Notes under the pieces: generated by a model
What the model saw: only the letters and a program-made list of their open reading frames with translations
Databases searched by the model: none
What the model was told of the DNA's origin: nothing
NCBI GenBank assembly: GCA_963751295.1
Contig: CAVVUA010000004.1
Location: 231,000-270,999 of the forward strand
Direction: 5' to 3'
DNA length: 40,000 bases
DNA from: an uncultured Acidobacteriota bacterium
GTDB taxonomy: Bacteria > Acidobacteriota > Terriglobia > Acidiferrales > UBA7541
Program-made: the position numbers and the translations under genes
In this document: piece by piece, positions 10,427 through 20,834 of the stretch
Layout: each line of letters opens with the position of its first letter
Numbering within the stretch: the stretch's first letter is position 1

Positions 10427-11050
10427 ATGGCGACCCCTACTCCTGTGCAGCCGCAGCAGGTCGGCATTCTTATCCTGGATGACGACGACAACAACCAGGG
10501 TGCGCTACGTCAAATCCTGGACTCGGAAGGCTGGCGCGTCCGCTTGGTTCAGGATCCCAAGCAGCTGCTCACTGAGCTCAAGTCTGGCGAATGGTCTTTG
10601 GTCATCGCCAATATTGCCTTGGCCGGCACTGACACCCCGATTTTCATCACGCTTCGCGAACTAGCCGGCGTCTCTTATGAAGAGGGAGGGCGGATTCGGG
10701 CCCTTTATCTGGTGCCGGAAATGACCGGCAGCCAGTACGTTGCGGCGCTCGAACTGGCCCGTGCGCAGTACGTGGTTCGGCCTTTCCACCTGCACGATTT
10801 TCTCGAGAAGGTTAGCGATCTGCTTGTGGAAGTGAAGGCCATCGAAGGACCGATACGCCAGGTGCGGCACGAGTTTGGTGCGATCCGGAAGAAAAAGAAG
10901 CAGGCAGGACGGTCCAACTCGATGTTTGCTTCGCGGGACTCGTATTCATACAGCGACGAAGAAATTGCCGAGTACGAAAAGCAGGAGAGCGAAGCTTCTA
11001 AGAGCGGTCGGAGCAAACCTCGCACCAACCTTGGCGGGACCGACCGCTAG
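10427..11050 (+). CDS. receiver-like (pseudo-receiver) domain protein
   Basis: VGILILDDDDNNQGALRQIL...SLVIANIALAGTD...VVRPF aligns to the CheY fold. The phospho-acceptor position reads N (VIAN) and the conserved K reads R. Confidence 0.6.
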   Translation: MATPTPVQPQQVGILILDDDDNNQGALRQILDSEGWRVRLVQDPKQLLTELKSGEWSLVIANIALAGTDTPIFITLRELAGVSYEEGGRIRALYLVPEMTGSQYVAALELARAQYVVRPFHLHDFLEKVSDLLVEVKAIEGPIRQVRHEFGAIRKKKKQAGRSNSMFASRDSYSYSDEEIAEYEKQESEASKSGRSKPRTNLGGTDR

Positions 11051-11154
11051 GGCGAGTTTCTGGAAGCCTGCTGGTGTTCGTTTCCCTTCGTGCACGTTTC
11101 GCTTGTTAGCCTCCCTTTAAACTTTCTGGATTAGCGTAATTTGGATTAGTTGTG

Positions 11155-11176
11155 GCACAGCCAATCTTGGCTGTGC
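11155..11176. repeat. REP-like intergenic hairpin (GCACAGCC-N6-GGCTGTGC), with a second related GC-rich hairpin about 30 bp downstream
   Basis: Perfect 8-bp stem read in the 11051-11319 intergenic region. GGGCAGGAGCGCCTGTGC lies at about 11207-11224. Confidence 0.4.
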
Positions 11177-11319
11177 GCTGGTTTCGCGAGGATTGTAAAA
11201 CCGCGCGGGCAGGAGCGCCTGTGCTACCAGACACGTGTGTTGCTTGACTTCCACGGCATGCAAAAGCGATGCTACCGCGTCCAAACTGTCGGTGCAGTTG
11301 TGGTTATGGACCGAAATCA

Positions 11320-13692
11320 ATGAGGAACCGAATGCGATTGCGAGTGACTGCGACTTTTCTCCTGTTTCGATTTGCTTTGCTGGCGGCATTATTAGGCTGC
11401 GTTGCGATTTCGTTGGCCGCGCAACAAGCGGATTCCGGGGGGCGGCGGGTTCTCACCGCTGAGGACTACAAGCACGCTGAAAAATTCATGATTTATAACG
11501 TGCGGCCGCTAGTTTTTCATGATGTGCGCGGCAAATGGCTGCCCGATGATCGATATTTGTTCCGCGACACGGGGCCGGACGGCAGCGAATTCATGCTCTT
11601 TGACGCTGCGCATGGCACGCGGCAGCCGGCGTTTGACCAAGCCAAAATTGCTGCTGCGCTCTCCTCGGCATCCGGAGTTTCCTACAGCGCGGCACACTTG
11701 CCGTTTATGACATTTGAGTTTTCTGCGGACGGCAAATCCATTTCGTTTCAGGCGAAGGGCCAGCAGTGGACGTGCGATTCGCAGGGGAGCAAGTGTACCG
11801 CCGAACCTAAGACCTCCAAGGCTGCGGCGGAACGTCCTGAAGAAGAGATTTCGCCTGATGGCAAGAGCGCTGCGTTTATTCGCGACTACAATCTCTGGCT
11901 GCGTGATGTGGCCACCAACAAAGAAACGCAGCTCACGACCGACGGGGTGAAGGACTTCGGCTACGCGACCGATAACGCTGGGTGGATTCACAGCGACCGG
12001 CCGATTTTGTTGTGGTCACCCGATTCCAAAAAGATCGCGACGTTTCAGCAGGACCAACGCGGCGTCGGCGAAATGTATCTTGTGGAAACGAAAGTTGGCC
12101 ATCCGGTGCTCCAGGCGTGGAAGTATCCGCTGCCGGGCGATGATGTCGTCACTACTATTCAGCGTGTGGTGATTGATCTGGACGCGCACAAAGTGATCCG
12201 TTTGCAACTTCCGCCGGACCAGCACCGGACGACTCTTTGCGACGACGTGGAATGCCGGGGTAGCGATTGGGACGATGTGGAGTGGAGCCCGGACGGCGCG
12301 CACCTGGCGTTCGTTTCGACCTCTCGCGACCATAAACGTGAGCAGTTGCGTGTAGCCGATGTTGTGACTGGCGCCGTGCGCGACGTTCTCGAAGAAACGG
12401 TCGCCACGCAGTACGAATCCGGCTGGGGCCGGGTGAACTGGCGCTACTTGCCTCTATCGAACGAAGTCATTTGGTTTTCCGAGCGCGATAATTGGGGCCA
12501 CTTGTATCTTTACGATCTGGCGACGGGCAAACTGAAAAACCAGATCACTTCCGGCGATTGGGTGGTCACGCAACTGCTGCGCGTGGATGAAAAAAATCGC
12601 ATGCTTTATTTTGTCGGGCTGGGACGCGAGAAAAGCGAGAACCCTTACTTCGCGCATCTCTATCGCATCGGATTCGACGGCAAAAATCTCACATTACTGA
12701 CTCCCGAAAGCGGGAATCACGAAGTCAGCTTCTCAACCTCGGGGCGGTATTTTTTCGACAGCTACTCGAAGCCTGACGTGCCCGCCGTGGCTGTGGTGCG
12801 CGATGACGCCGGCAAGTTGATCTCGACCGTTGCGAAGACGGATATCTCTAAGCTTCTTGCGGCTGGATGGCAGCCACCGGTTCCTGTGACCGTGAAAGCG
12901 CGCGACGGAGTTACCTACCTGTACGGATTGATGTACAAACCGACAAAACTCGATTCGACAAAGAAATATCCGATTGTGAATCGAATTTACCCAGGGCCGC
13001 AGGGCGGTAGCGTCGGTTACTGGGGTTTCGCGCCGGGGCGCGGCGATGCGCAGTCTCTTGCCGAACTCGGTTTCGTCGTGGTGGAAATCGAGGGCATGGG
13101 CAATCCATTGCGGTCGAAGAAATTCCACGACTTCTACTATGGAAACATGGGCGACAACACTTTGCCCGACCAGATTGCCGGCATGAAGGAGCTGGCGCAA
13201 AAATATCCGTGGATCGATATCGAGCGCGCGGGGATTTTCGGCCACTCAGGCGGAGGATACGCTACTGCCGACGCGATGTTTCGCTATCCGGACTTTTTCA
13301 AAGTGGGCATCTCGGAATCCGGGAACCATGACAATCGGGAATATGAGGATGATTGGGGAGAACGGTATCAAGGATTGCTAGTTAAGAATGCGGATGGCAC
13401 TACCAATTATGATGACCAGGCTAATCAGCACTTGGCCAAAAACCTGAAGGGACATTTGCTGCTGGCACACGGGACGTTGGATGACAATGTGCCGCCGTAC
13501 AATACGCTGCTGGTGGTGGACGAACTCATCAAGGCCAACAAGGATTTTGATCTTTTGCTTTTGCCCAACCAGCATCACGGATACGGGAGCGCGACGCTTT
13601 ACATGACGCGGCGGCGGTGGGACTACTTCGTGCGCTATTTGCTTGGCGCGGAGCCGCCGCATGAATATGAGCTGAATCCGCCTAAACCGTAG
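11320..13692 (+). CDS. S9 family peptidase (DPP-IV/prolyl oligopeptidase type), secreted
   Basis: Nucleophile motif GIFGHSGGGY, HGTLDDNVP and HHGY. DPP-IV-like propeller region. Start placed at MRNRMRLRVTATFLLF (signal-like); the upstream part of the track ORF looks non-coding. Confidence 0.9.
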   Translation: MRNRMRLRVTATFLLFRFALLAALLGCVAISLAAQQADSGGRRVLTAEDYKHAEKFMIYNVRPLVFHDVRGKWLPDDRYLFRDTGPDGSEFMLFDAAHGTRQPAFDQAKIAAALSSASGVSYSAAHLPFMTFEFSADGKSISFQAKGQQWTCDSQGSKCTAEPKTSKAAAERPEEEISPDGKSAAFIRDYNLWLRDVATNKETQLTTDGVKDFGYATDNAGWIHSDRPILLWSPDSKKIATFQQDQRGVGEMYLVETKVGHPVLQAWKYPLPGDDVVTTIQRVVIDLDAHKVIRLQLPPDQHRTTLCDDVECRGSDWDDVEWSPDGAHLAFVSTSRDHKREQLRVADVVTGAVRDVLEETVATQYESGWGRVNWRYLPLSNEVIWFSERDNWGHLYLYDLATGKLKNQITSGDWVVTQLLRVDEKNRMLYFVGLGREKSENPYFAHLYRIGFDGKNLTLLTPESGNHEVSFSTSGRYFFDSYSKPDVPAVAVVRDDAGKLISTVAKTDISKLLAAGWQPPVPVTVKARDGVTYLYGLMYKPTKLDSTKKYPIVNRIYPGPQGGSVGYWGFAPGRGDAQSLAELGFVVVEIEGMGNPLRSKKFHDFYYGNMGDNTLPDQIAGMKELAQKYPWIDIERAGIFGHSGGGYATADAMFRYPDFFKVGISESGNHDNREYEDDWGERYQGLLVKNADGTTNYDDQANQHLAKNLKGHLLLAHGTLDDNVPPYNTLLVVDELIKANKDFDLLLLPNQHHGYGSATLYMTRRRWDYFVRYLLGAEPPHEYELNPPKP

Positions 13693-13901
13693 TCAATTCC
13701 AAGACAGTTCGGGCGCGATAAGTGGGCTTCTTGGGAAGGGTGTGCCCGCGTATTTTTGCAGGAGTGGGAGGAAAATAACTTGCGGAACGGTTTGTTTGAG
13801 AGGCAGTGCGGAATGGGGATTTTAACACAGAGGACACAGAGTTCACGGAGGGACGAATAGGTCGTTAGCAAAGAGAGCTGACAGTTTGCACTGCGTTCGA
13901 G

Positions 13902-14570
13902 CTATTCGTGGAGGACAACGGTCAGCAGGGATTTGTTGACCTTGATTTTGCCGTTGTATTCGATGAAGCCGAGTTTTCTGAATTTGTTCATGAAGAAATT
14001 GACGCGGGAACGCGTGGTGCCGATCATTTCGGCCAAGGTTTCTTGTGAGACTTGGGGGAGGCTCCGGTCCGGCCGATCTTGTTCCCCATAGCGGGCGAGC
14101 AAGAGAAGAGTTCGGGCCAGACGCTTCTCGCTGGAGTTGAAGAGTTGATCGACCAGGTCTTCTTCCACGCGAATGTTGTGGGCGAGCATGTAGCCGATAA
14201 AACGGTCCGATAACTCGTGCTCTTCATGGAGCACACGAAGCATTTCGTTCTTGTTGATAACAAGAACGGTGGTGGGAGCAATGGAAGTCGCCGTCGCCAT
14301 GCGGAGCGCTTGGCCTGCCATGCAGCCTTCGCCAAAAAAGTCTGTCGGGCCAAACATCGCGACGACAGCTTCTTTGCCCATGCCATTCACAACGGAGAGT
14401 TTTACGCCGCCCCTCTGAATGTACATAACGGTATTCGCACCGTCTCCCTGGCTAAAAATGGATTCACCTCGCTTAAATTCAGCGACTTTTCTTGATACTC
14501 CAGCGGTATCGAGAAAAGCCTGTGGGTCGAAGGGACGGGGAATCCCGGCGTTGGAGCTTTTTTTCTTCAT
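13902..14570 (-). CDS. Crp/Fnr family transcriptional regulator
   Basis: 222 aa. cNMP-binding fold (FGEGCMAG...RMATATS) and a C-terminal HTH (SQETLAEMIGTTRSRVNFFMNKFRKLGFI). Confidence 0.9.
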   Translation of the reverse strand: MKKKSSNAGIPRPFDPQAFLDTAGVSRKVAEFKRGESIFSQGDGANTVMYIQRGGVKLSVVNGMGKEAVVAMFGPTDFFGEGCMAGQALRMATATSIAPTTVLVINKNEMLRVLHEEHELSDRFIGYMLAHNIRVEEDLVDQLFNSSEKRLARTLLLLARYGEQDRPDRSLPQVSQETLAEMIGTTRSRVNFFMNKFRKLGFIEYNGKIKVNKSLLTVVLHE

Positions 14571-14843
14571 GGAGGCTAGGAGATGCAGCCTCTTCGAGGC
14601 TGCTTAGAGTACAAACCCACAATACCAAGGACTCCGCCGCCAGACTGTGCAAAAGTGAACACTGTCGATTTAGAGTGATTGATTCGGTGGGGTTAAATGC
14701 ACATTCTGCAGCCAGTGCTTCCCACAACGGCCACAGACGCTTCGATAAGGGCGTTCCCAAAGCTGAGACTTGGCGCAAATTAGCGCCTTAACAGCTAAAT
14801 CATAAAACCACGATCTGTTCTCCCCTCGTTAGCCCGAGCCACG

Positions 14844-15038
14844 CTATGGAAGGCGTACAGGGTCGGACTGCACTGGGCTGGGGTTAGCGTTGAGAGACCA
14901 ACGAAAAAAGCGATGATCACAGGTCAAACAACGGAATGGACGAACGAAGAGGACTGCGAGAAAACGAGATTCGAGAATTCCGCGACGCTTGGAGCGATGG
15001 ATTCGGTGACTTTGGCATACAGGACAATTCGTGGACAT
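14844..15038 (-). CDS. small zinc-ribbon protein
   Basis: 64 aa with CPVC...CLTC pairs. AAGGAGGG lies 6 nt upstream of the ATG. Confidence 0.5.
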   Translation of the reverse strand: MSTNCPVCQSHRIHRSKRRGILESRFLAVLFVRPFRCLTCDHRFFRWSLNANPSPVQSDPVRLP

Positions 15039-15261
15039 GGTGGCCCTCCTTGCTGAGATTGCAGACGCACCAGTACCTGGGCCGCATAGGAACTTGTGCG
15101 TGAACCGTTGAAAACGCTTCGAAATTTAGCAAAGTGAGCAGAGGAGGTACTGTCTAAAAGCGGACAGACTCGGAGATTAATTCCTACTAAGGTTTGGGTG
15201 TGCCAATCACTTATGCCGAGGTCTCCCTCCGCAGGGCGGCTCAAGTGGGGTTCGAAGGGTA

Positions 15262-16686
15262 TTGTTTATGTTTCCCCTGTCCGGAAGCCAACCCAGACTA
15301 AACGATCACGACGGTGCCAACCGGCGTGCGGCCGCAAATAGGTGGCAGTCCCTGCGTGTTCTGTTTGTTCACCGCGATGCTGATGAGGTCGATTCTTGTT
15401 TGCAGGAACTGAAAAGGGCGGAATTCGCAGTTCACGCGGATATCGTCTTGACCGTGGGCCAATGCGTCGAACAACTGCGCAAAGAACCGTTTGACCTGAT
15501 TGTGGCGGAATATCCAAGCCCCAACTGGAGCGGATCCGAGGCATTGGAGGCGCTTCGCCAAATGGTGCGGAGCGTACCTTTAGTGTTCGTGACAACCAGT
15601 TTGCGAAGAGAGTGCAGGGCGGCATTAGCAGCAAATGGCGCTTACGATTTTATCGAACCCGAACATATGGAGCACTTGCCAATGGCAGCTCGACGAGCGC
15701 TCGAAGAAAAGAAGCTACGTGAAGAGCTGGCGCAGGCCGAAAAAACCAGCGCAAGTGCGGAGGCGCGCTATCGCGCACTCGTTGAAAATCCTACTTACGG
15801 AATCTGCCGCGTGGACGCGAAGGGAAAATTCGGTTATGCCAATGCAGCGTTTCTAAGCATGCTGGGGTATACGTCCAGAGAGGAATTCCTGAAAACAGAT
15901 TTTGCGAGGGACGTGATTCGAGATGGTGAGGTGCGCGAGCGCTGGAGTGAGTGCCTAAAGGAAGGGGCTGAGATCGAAGGGTTCGAGATGGAGTGCTTGC
16001 GGAAAGACGGCGCAACGGTAAAGGTGCGAATGAGCGGGCGCGCGGTCTACACAGGAAACAGAGCGTTCGACGGCTACGAGATAATCGTGGGAGACGTAAC
16101 GGAACAGCAGGCGCGGGAAGTGCGACTTAGAGAGCAGGCGGAGAGTGATTCGCTGACGGGATTGGCGAATCACAGGCGTCTTTTCGAGGTGCTGCACACG
16201 GAAATCAGCCGCTCAAAACGCACAGGGCGCGAATTCGCGCTGATGCTGCTCGATGTAGACCAGTTCAAGAATATCAATGACAAATACGGTCACCTGGTGG
16301 GAGACCGTGCGCTTTGCCGGCTTACGAATGTATTGCGAAGCTGCTGCCGTTCTATCGACACAGCTGCAAGACAAGGCGGAGATGAATTTGCGCTGGTGTT
16401 GCCGGAAACGGGAGCGGCTGATGCGGCGCTGGTGGGCCAGCGAATCTGCGAGCTTCTCGCCAAAGACGTGGAAGAGCCAGTACTTTCGGTAAGCGTGGGA
16501 GTGGCAGCCTATCCTAGGGATGCAGAATCCGTTGGACCGCTGCTGTATTCGGCGGACGCCGCGTTGTACGAGATGAAGGGCAAACGAATAAGGTTGGTGT
16601 CGGTTGGGCACACACTACAAGCGTCGATGAGAGCCGAACAACGCGAAGTTGGTAAGTCTGGGGAGCAAGCAAACCGCGAGTCGTAA
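15262..16686 (+). CDS. response-regulator receiver / PAS / GGDEF diguanylate cyclase
   Basis: REC-like N-terminus (VLFVHRDADE...DLIVAEYPSPNWSG), a PAS region, and a GGDEF domain with the intact motif RQGGDEFALVL. The start could be the TTG at 15262 or the ATG at 15268. Confidence 0.9.
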   Translation: MFMFPLSGSQPRLNDHDGANRRAAANRWQSLRVLFVHRDADEVDSCLQELKRAEFAVHADIVLTVGQCVEQLRKEPFDLIVAEYPSPNWSGSEALEALRQMVRSVPLVFVTTSLRRECRAALAANGAYDFIEPEHMEHLPMAARRALEEKKLREELAQAEKTSASAEARYRALVENPTYGICRVDAKGKFGYANAAFLSMLGYTSREEFLKTDFARDVIRDGEVRERWSECLKEGAEIEGFEMECLRKDGATVKVRMSGRAVYTGNRAFDGYEIIVGDVTEQQAREVRLREQAESDSLTGLANHRRLFEVLHTEISRSKRTGREFALMLLDVDQFKNINDKYGHLVGDRALCRLTNVLRSCCRSIDTAARQGGDEFALVLPETGAADAALVGQRICELLAKDVEEPVLSVSVGVAAYPRDAESVGPLLYSADAALYEMKGKRIRLVSVGHTLQASMRAEQREVGKSGEQANRES

Positions 16687-16731
16687 CAGGCTCAGGGGTG
16701 GGCCAGGAGACAGAATTAGGAGAACAGGCGT

Positions 16732-17238
16732 ATGAGAGAAGACGGACCCCGACGCAAATGGCCCACAAGGCATTTGCCCTTGCATGTGCGTGGCACCGGC
16801 AAGAAGCAGACGGATTTGACGGGAGAAAAGAGGATCCGGGACCTGATCTCGATAGGGGCGCCGCTCGCCGAGGTTCTGAACAACTTGTGCACTGCCATCG
16901 ATCTTCAGATTGGAAACATTGTGTCGGTCATGTTGCTGCCGGATGACATGGAGCGTGATTTTAAAACGATTGCCAGGGGGGCGCTGCAGTTTGGCCTGCA
17001 TCTGTATTGGTCCGCGGACATCCCTTTGCGGGACGAAGACGTCTTGGGGTCCTTCGAGATGTACTGCTGCGTTCCACGGACACCCACGGCATTTGAATTG
17101 AAGCTGATCCATCGAGCGACACATTTGGCAGCATTGGCTATTCGACGCTACTACCGTGATGAGGACCTTAGCAGCGCATGCAGTGCATGGAAACGTGCGC
17201 TGGAGAGACGGTCAAACGAAGCGGCTCAAGTCAACTGA
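16732..17238 (+). CDS. GAF-domain protein
   Basis: 168 aa. AGGAG lies 9 nt upstream of the ATG. The GAF-like core is LIHRATHLAALAI at the C-terminal helix. Confidence 0.6.
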   Translation: MREDGPRRKWPTRHLPLHVRGTGKKQTDLTGEKRIRDLISIGAPLAEVLNNLCTAIDLQIGNIVSVMLLPDDMERDFKTIARGALQFGLHLYWSADIPLRDEDVLGSFEMYCCVPRTPTAFELKLIHRATHLAALAIRRYYRDEDLSSACSAWKRALERRSNEAAQVN

Positions 17239-17388
17239 AGCGTATGAGCCGAAGCGGGAGCGCGGCGGAACACTTTGTCGCGCGGCCTGGATTCTGCAAG
17301 TCTTCCCTGCAATTTAATCTGCAAGAGAATCAAAGATAGTCGTTCTAAGCCCGAGGTGCGTCCTGGAAGGGCGCGCGAAGGAGGGCTT

Positions 17389-18558
17389 ATGAATCGATCT
17401 ATGCTGGGTGCCATTTTAGGGAGCTTGTTTGGGCTGAGCGCGTTGGGTGGATTGGCGCTTATTGGGGCCGCACCGAATCCTGCGCCGGGGAAACCGGAAG
17501 GAAATTGGCGTCTACTGGATCCGGTGTCTTACGAAAACATCACAATCTTTCCGGTCGTAAGTTCTTCCACGCAGGACACTTCAACGTTCTTGACGCTCGA
17601 TGAAGGGCTTTCGAGCGGAGAAGTAATTGTCAGCGAGCAGGGGTCGGCTGGTTTGGCACGGACGCGAGACGGGCGGCCGGTGGCCGTGCCGCAATACAAC
17701 AGCGGCGCGAGCGTAAACCAGCTTGTCTTGATCAACCGCAGCAAGCGGCCGTTGCTTTTGCTGGCAGGCGAGTTGGTGAGCGGGGGAAAGCAGGACCGGA
17801 TTATTGGGAAGGACCGGATTGTGCCGGTAGGGTCGGAGCCGCTGCCGCTGGACGTGTTTTGCGTAGAGCATGGGCGGTGGACGGGAGCGAGCTCTCAATT
17901 TGGAGAAGCTAAGACGATTGTGCATCCGAGCGTGCGTGAGCAGGCAGCGGTGGCGCAAAATCAAAATGAGGTATGGAATGCAGTGCGCTCTGGTACTTTG
18001 GCTGCGCCAAAGGCGGTGCCTTCTGGAGTTGGGGGGCGGTCGGCTATCCCTCCACCGCCCCCGCCAGCACTCAGCACCGAGGTCATCGGGGATACTATTG
18101 CTACCTCGGCGCCTACGCAGTCCTATGCAAAAATCTATGAGCACAGCCGCGCAGGAGCTTCAGTCGATGAATTTGTCGAGGAATTGCGCAGACGATTTGA
18201 CCGGGCGACACTTGGACTTAAGGGTGAGCGCGTTGTTGGCGTAGTCGTGGCGTATGGCGGGGATGTTGCCTGGAGCGACATTTTTGCGTCCGGAGAGTTG
18301 TTTGAACATTATTGGAGCAAACTGCTGCGGAGTTACGCGGTGGAGGCTTTGGCGCGGCCGAGTTACCGAGAGACAGCGGCGATTACGGATGCTCGAGAGT
18401 TTTTGCGAAATTTGAATGGGAGAGAGGTGGTGGAGAGCGAGCCGGGGGTTTACCGTTGGCGGGAGATTACGGAGGGTAGACTGTCTTTGATTGAGTTGGA
18501 TTCGATTGCGCCGAAAGCGATGACTTTGCATCGGTTGTTATTGCACAGGACGTCGTAA
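17389..18558 (+). CDS. secreted hypothetical protein (possibly DUF6569/ARPP-1-like)
   Basis: The ATG at 17389 is preceded by AAGGAGGG. Signal peptide MNRSMLGAILGSLFGLSALGGLALIGA. The family assignment is from memory only. Confidence 0.6.
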   Translation: MNRSMLGAILGSLFGLSALGGLALIGAAPNPAPGKPEGNWRLLDPVSYENITIFPVVSSSTQDTSTFLTLDEGLSSGEVIVSEQGSAGLARTRDGRPVAVPQYNSGASVNQLVLINRSKRPLLLLAGELVSGGKQDRIIGKDRIVPVGSEPLPLDVFCVEHGRWTGASSQFGEAKTIVHPSVREQAAVAQNQNEVWNAVRSGTLAAPKAVPSGVGGRSAIPPPPPPALSTEVIGDTIATSAPTQSYAKIYEHSRAGASVDEFVEELRRRFDRATLGLKGERVVGVVVAYGGDVAWSDIFASGELFEHYWSKLLRSYAVEALARPSYRETAAITDAREFLRNLNGREVVESEPGVYRWREITEGRLSLIELDSIAPKAMTLHRLLLHRTS

Positions 18559-18628
18559 GGCGATCGAGGCGAGATAAATAAGAGCGCGGGAACGGCCCTT
18601 CGGGGCTCAGGATAAAAGTGCCGTGCCC

Positions 18629-19114
18629 CTACGGATTGAGGCGCGTGACTCGGCTGCTATCCGCGACGTGATCGAGCAGGACGGCGGCGGTGGCCGGCCA
18701 AGACGGGTGCTGCAGGCTGGGAGCGATTTCGGCTAACGGGGTGAGGACGAAGCGGCGCTGAAGCATTCGCGGATGGGGCACCTGCAAGTCTGGAGTGGCA
18801 ATCGTTTCGGCGTCGTACAGGAGAATGTCAAGGTCGATTTTGCGCGGACCTTTTGCGATAACTTTTTTGCTGCCGAGTTGCGTTTCGATGGAGTGTAACG
18901 CCTGCAACAGCGCGTGGGGCTCCAGGCTCGTTTCTGTTTCCACTACACAATTGAGAAACCACGGTTGGTCGAGAAAGTCGACGGGCTCGGTTTCGTATAG
19001 CGACGAAACCTGATTGACCCGGACGACGGCGGACGGAAGCGCGGCAATTGCCTCACGGATGTTGGCTTGGCGGTCGCCTATGTTTGAACCAAGCGAAAGA
19101 TAAATCGTCGGCAT
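18629..19114 (-). CDS. folK: 2-amino-4-hydroxy-6-hydroxymethyldihydropteridine diphosphokinase
   Basis: MPTIYLSLGSNIGDR...IDLDILLY...PHPRM are HPPK hallmarks. The internal ATG at 19114 was chosen because the longer track ORF overlaps the upstream gene. Confidence 0.9.
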   Translation of the reverse strand: MPTIYLSLGSNIGDRQANIREAIAALPSAVVRVNQVSSLYETEPVDFLDQPWFLNCVVETETSLEPHALLQALHSIETQLGSKKVIAKGPRKIDLDILLYDAETIATPDLQVPHPRMLQRRFVLTPLAEIAPSLQHPSWPATAAVLLDHVADSSRVTRLNP

Positions 19115-19140
19115 TTTGATATGCGCTTGGCGCTTCGCGG

Positions 19141-19641
19141 CTAACTGGCAGCGATTTCGCGAAGTTTGCCACTGGTTACGTCGTACACAAATCCGCGCAC
19201 GATCACTTCCTTGGGAACCCAAGGATGCGTGCGCAGCTTCTGCAACTGATGACGGACATTTTCGTCGATGTTCTGGAAGGCGTAAAAGAAGGCGGGAGAG
19301 ATCGCTTCGGTTCCTGCGCGATTCTGGATTCTGTTGCGCAAATCCTGTTCGGAGGTAAGCATCAGGCCGCAATCTGTGTGATTGATGACCATGAACTCCT
19401 TGGTGTCCAGAAGGTAGTGGGAGATGACCAGGGAACGCAGGGTATCTTCCGTGACGATGCCGCCGGCGTTTCGAATAATATGGGCGTCGCCAGTCTTCAA
19501 GCCTAGGGTGCGGATGGAGAGGCGCGTGTCCATGCAGGTCAGAATGGCGAGATGGCGTTCGGGACGCGGCGTAAGCTTTCGCAGTTCGTGCGTGCGGGAA
19601 TAGAGTTCGTTGGCTTGGAGAACTTCGTCGATTACGCTCAT
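19141..19641 (-). CDS. beta-class carbonic anhydrase
   Basis: 166 aa with the CMDTR and HTDCG zinc-ligand motifs. Confidence 0.9.
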   Translation of the reverse strand: MSVIDEVLQANELYSRTHELRKLTPRPERHLAILTCMDTRLSIRTLGLKTGDAHIIRNAGGIVTEDTLRSLVISHYLLDTKEFMVINHTDCGLMLTSEQDLRNRIQNRAGTEAISPAFFYAFQNIDENVRHQLQKLRTHPWVPKEVIVRGFVYDVTSGKLREIAAS

Positions 19642-19719
19642 AGTTGATTCATTCTAGCAAACTGTGGCAGTAGGATTCGGATGCAACAGATATGCAGGTC
19701 TTGAAATCTGGCGTCAGGC

Positions 19720-20775
19720 TCAGAAGAGGCGAGGCTGGCGCTTGGGTAGTTCCTTGCCGAAATATTCGTAGGCACGGGCAGTGGCTACGCGGCCGCGCTG
19801 CGTGCGGTCAATTAAACCGATCTGCATGAGATAGGGCTCGTAGATTTCTTCGATGGCGTCTTCTTCTTCGGATAGGGCAGCGGCGAGCGTTCCGAGGCCT
19901 ACGGGGCCACCTCCGTATTTATCGAGAAGTGCCAGCATGAGGTTGCGGTCGACTTCGTCGAGACCGCTTTCGTCCACGCCGAGCATGGCTAGGGCTTCCT
20001 GCGCTACGGCACGGGTGATACGGCCAGCTGCACGAACTTCGGCAAAATCGCGCGAGCGACGGAGGAGACGATTTGCAATGCGCGGTGTGCCTCGGCAGCG
20101 ACGTGCAATTTCTTCGGCACCGCCGTCGTCCAACAGGATATTCAGGATTTTGGCGGAGCGGTGAATGATTATGAGCAAATCCTCGGGCTCGTAGAAATCG
20201 AGACGGTGGACGATGCCGAAGCGCGATCGCAAAGGCGCTGTGATAAGGCCGGCGCGCGTTGTGGCACCGATTAGCGTGAAGTGACCCAGTTGAAATGGAT
20301 GAATGCGGGCACCGGGGCCCTGGCCGATGATCAAGTCAACGCGAAAATCTTCCATGGCGGGATATAAAATTTCTTCGACCGCAGGTTGAAGGCGGTGAAT
20401 TTCATCCAGAAAGAAAACTTCCTTGCCTTCGAGCGAAGTTAGGATGGCGGTAAGGTCGCCTTTACGCTCAAGGAGCGGGCCAGCACTGGTCTTGATAGGG
20501 ACCTGAAGCTCGTTGGCGATGATTTGGGCCAGAGTGGTTTTTCCGAGGCCGGGTGGGCCGTACAGGAGGACATGATCGAGGGCTTCGCCGCGGCTGCGCG
20601 CGGCTTCGATAGCGATAGAGATATTTTCTTTAACGCGTTTTTGGCCAATGTATTCGTCGAGGCGCTTGGGGCGGACGCTTGCTTCAATGCGGGCGTCTTC
20701 GTCATAGGAAGCGCCGGAGACGATTCTGTGTTGTTCGTTTCGGTCCATGGATCGTTTTGCGCTAGTGTCGGGCAT
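19720..20775 (-). CDS. ruvB: Holliday junction branch migration helicase RuvB
   Basis: [11 protein letters not shown], Walker [10 protein letters not shown], Walker B FLDEIHRL and a C-terminal winged helix. Confidence 0.97.
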   Translation of the reverse strand: MPDTSAKRSMDRNEQHRIVSGASYDEDARIEASVRPKRLDEYIGQKRVKENISIAIEAARSRGEALDHVLLYGPPGLGKTTLAQIIANELQVPIKTSAGPLLERKGDLTAILTSLEGKEVFFLDEIHRLQPAVEEILYPAMEDFRVDLIIGQGPGARIHPFQLGHFTLIGATTRAGLITAPLRSRFGIVHRLDFYEPEDLLIIIHRSAKILNILLDDGGAEEIARRCRGTPRIANRLLRRSRDFAEVRAAGRITRAVAQEALAMLGVDESGLDEVDRNLMLALLDKYGGGPVGLGTLAAALSEEEDAIEEIYEPYLMQIGLIDRTQRGRVATARAYEYFGKELPKRQPRLF

Positions 20776-20834
20776 TGATCGAGTTCCCTACAAATTTAGA
20801 CCGCTGACCGACCTATAGGTCGGCCACTACAACA

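Noticed and set aside
13825-13851. ACACAGAGGACACAGAGTTCACGGAGG repeat-like string downstream of the S9 peptidase gene
   Set aside because: It resembles short dispersed intergenic repeats seen in some soil bacteria, but only one copy is visible in this window. I cannot support calling it a repeat family.
15245-15260. tRNA-like T-loop strings (GGGGTTCGAAGG here, and GTTCGATTCCC at 6410-6420)
   Set aside because: The flanking sequence cannot form a T-stem, acceptor stem or anticodon arm. These are isolated chance matches.
18629-19372. The long (247-aa) version of the folK ORF
   Set aside because: The first 86 codons overlap the carbonic anhydrase gene in another frame and are Arg-rich nonsense. 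The HPPK homology starts at MPTIYLSLGSN (ATG at 19114).
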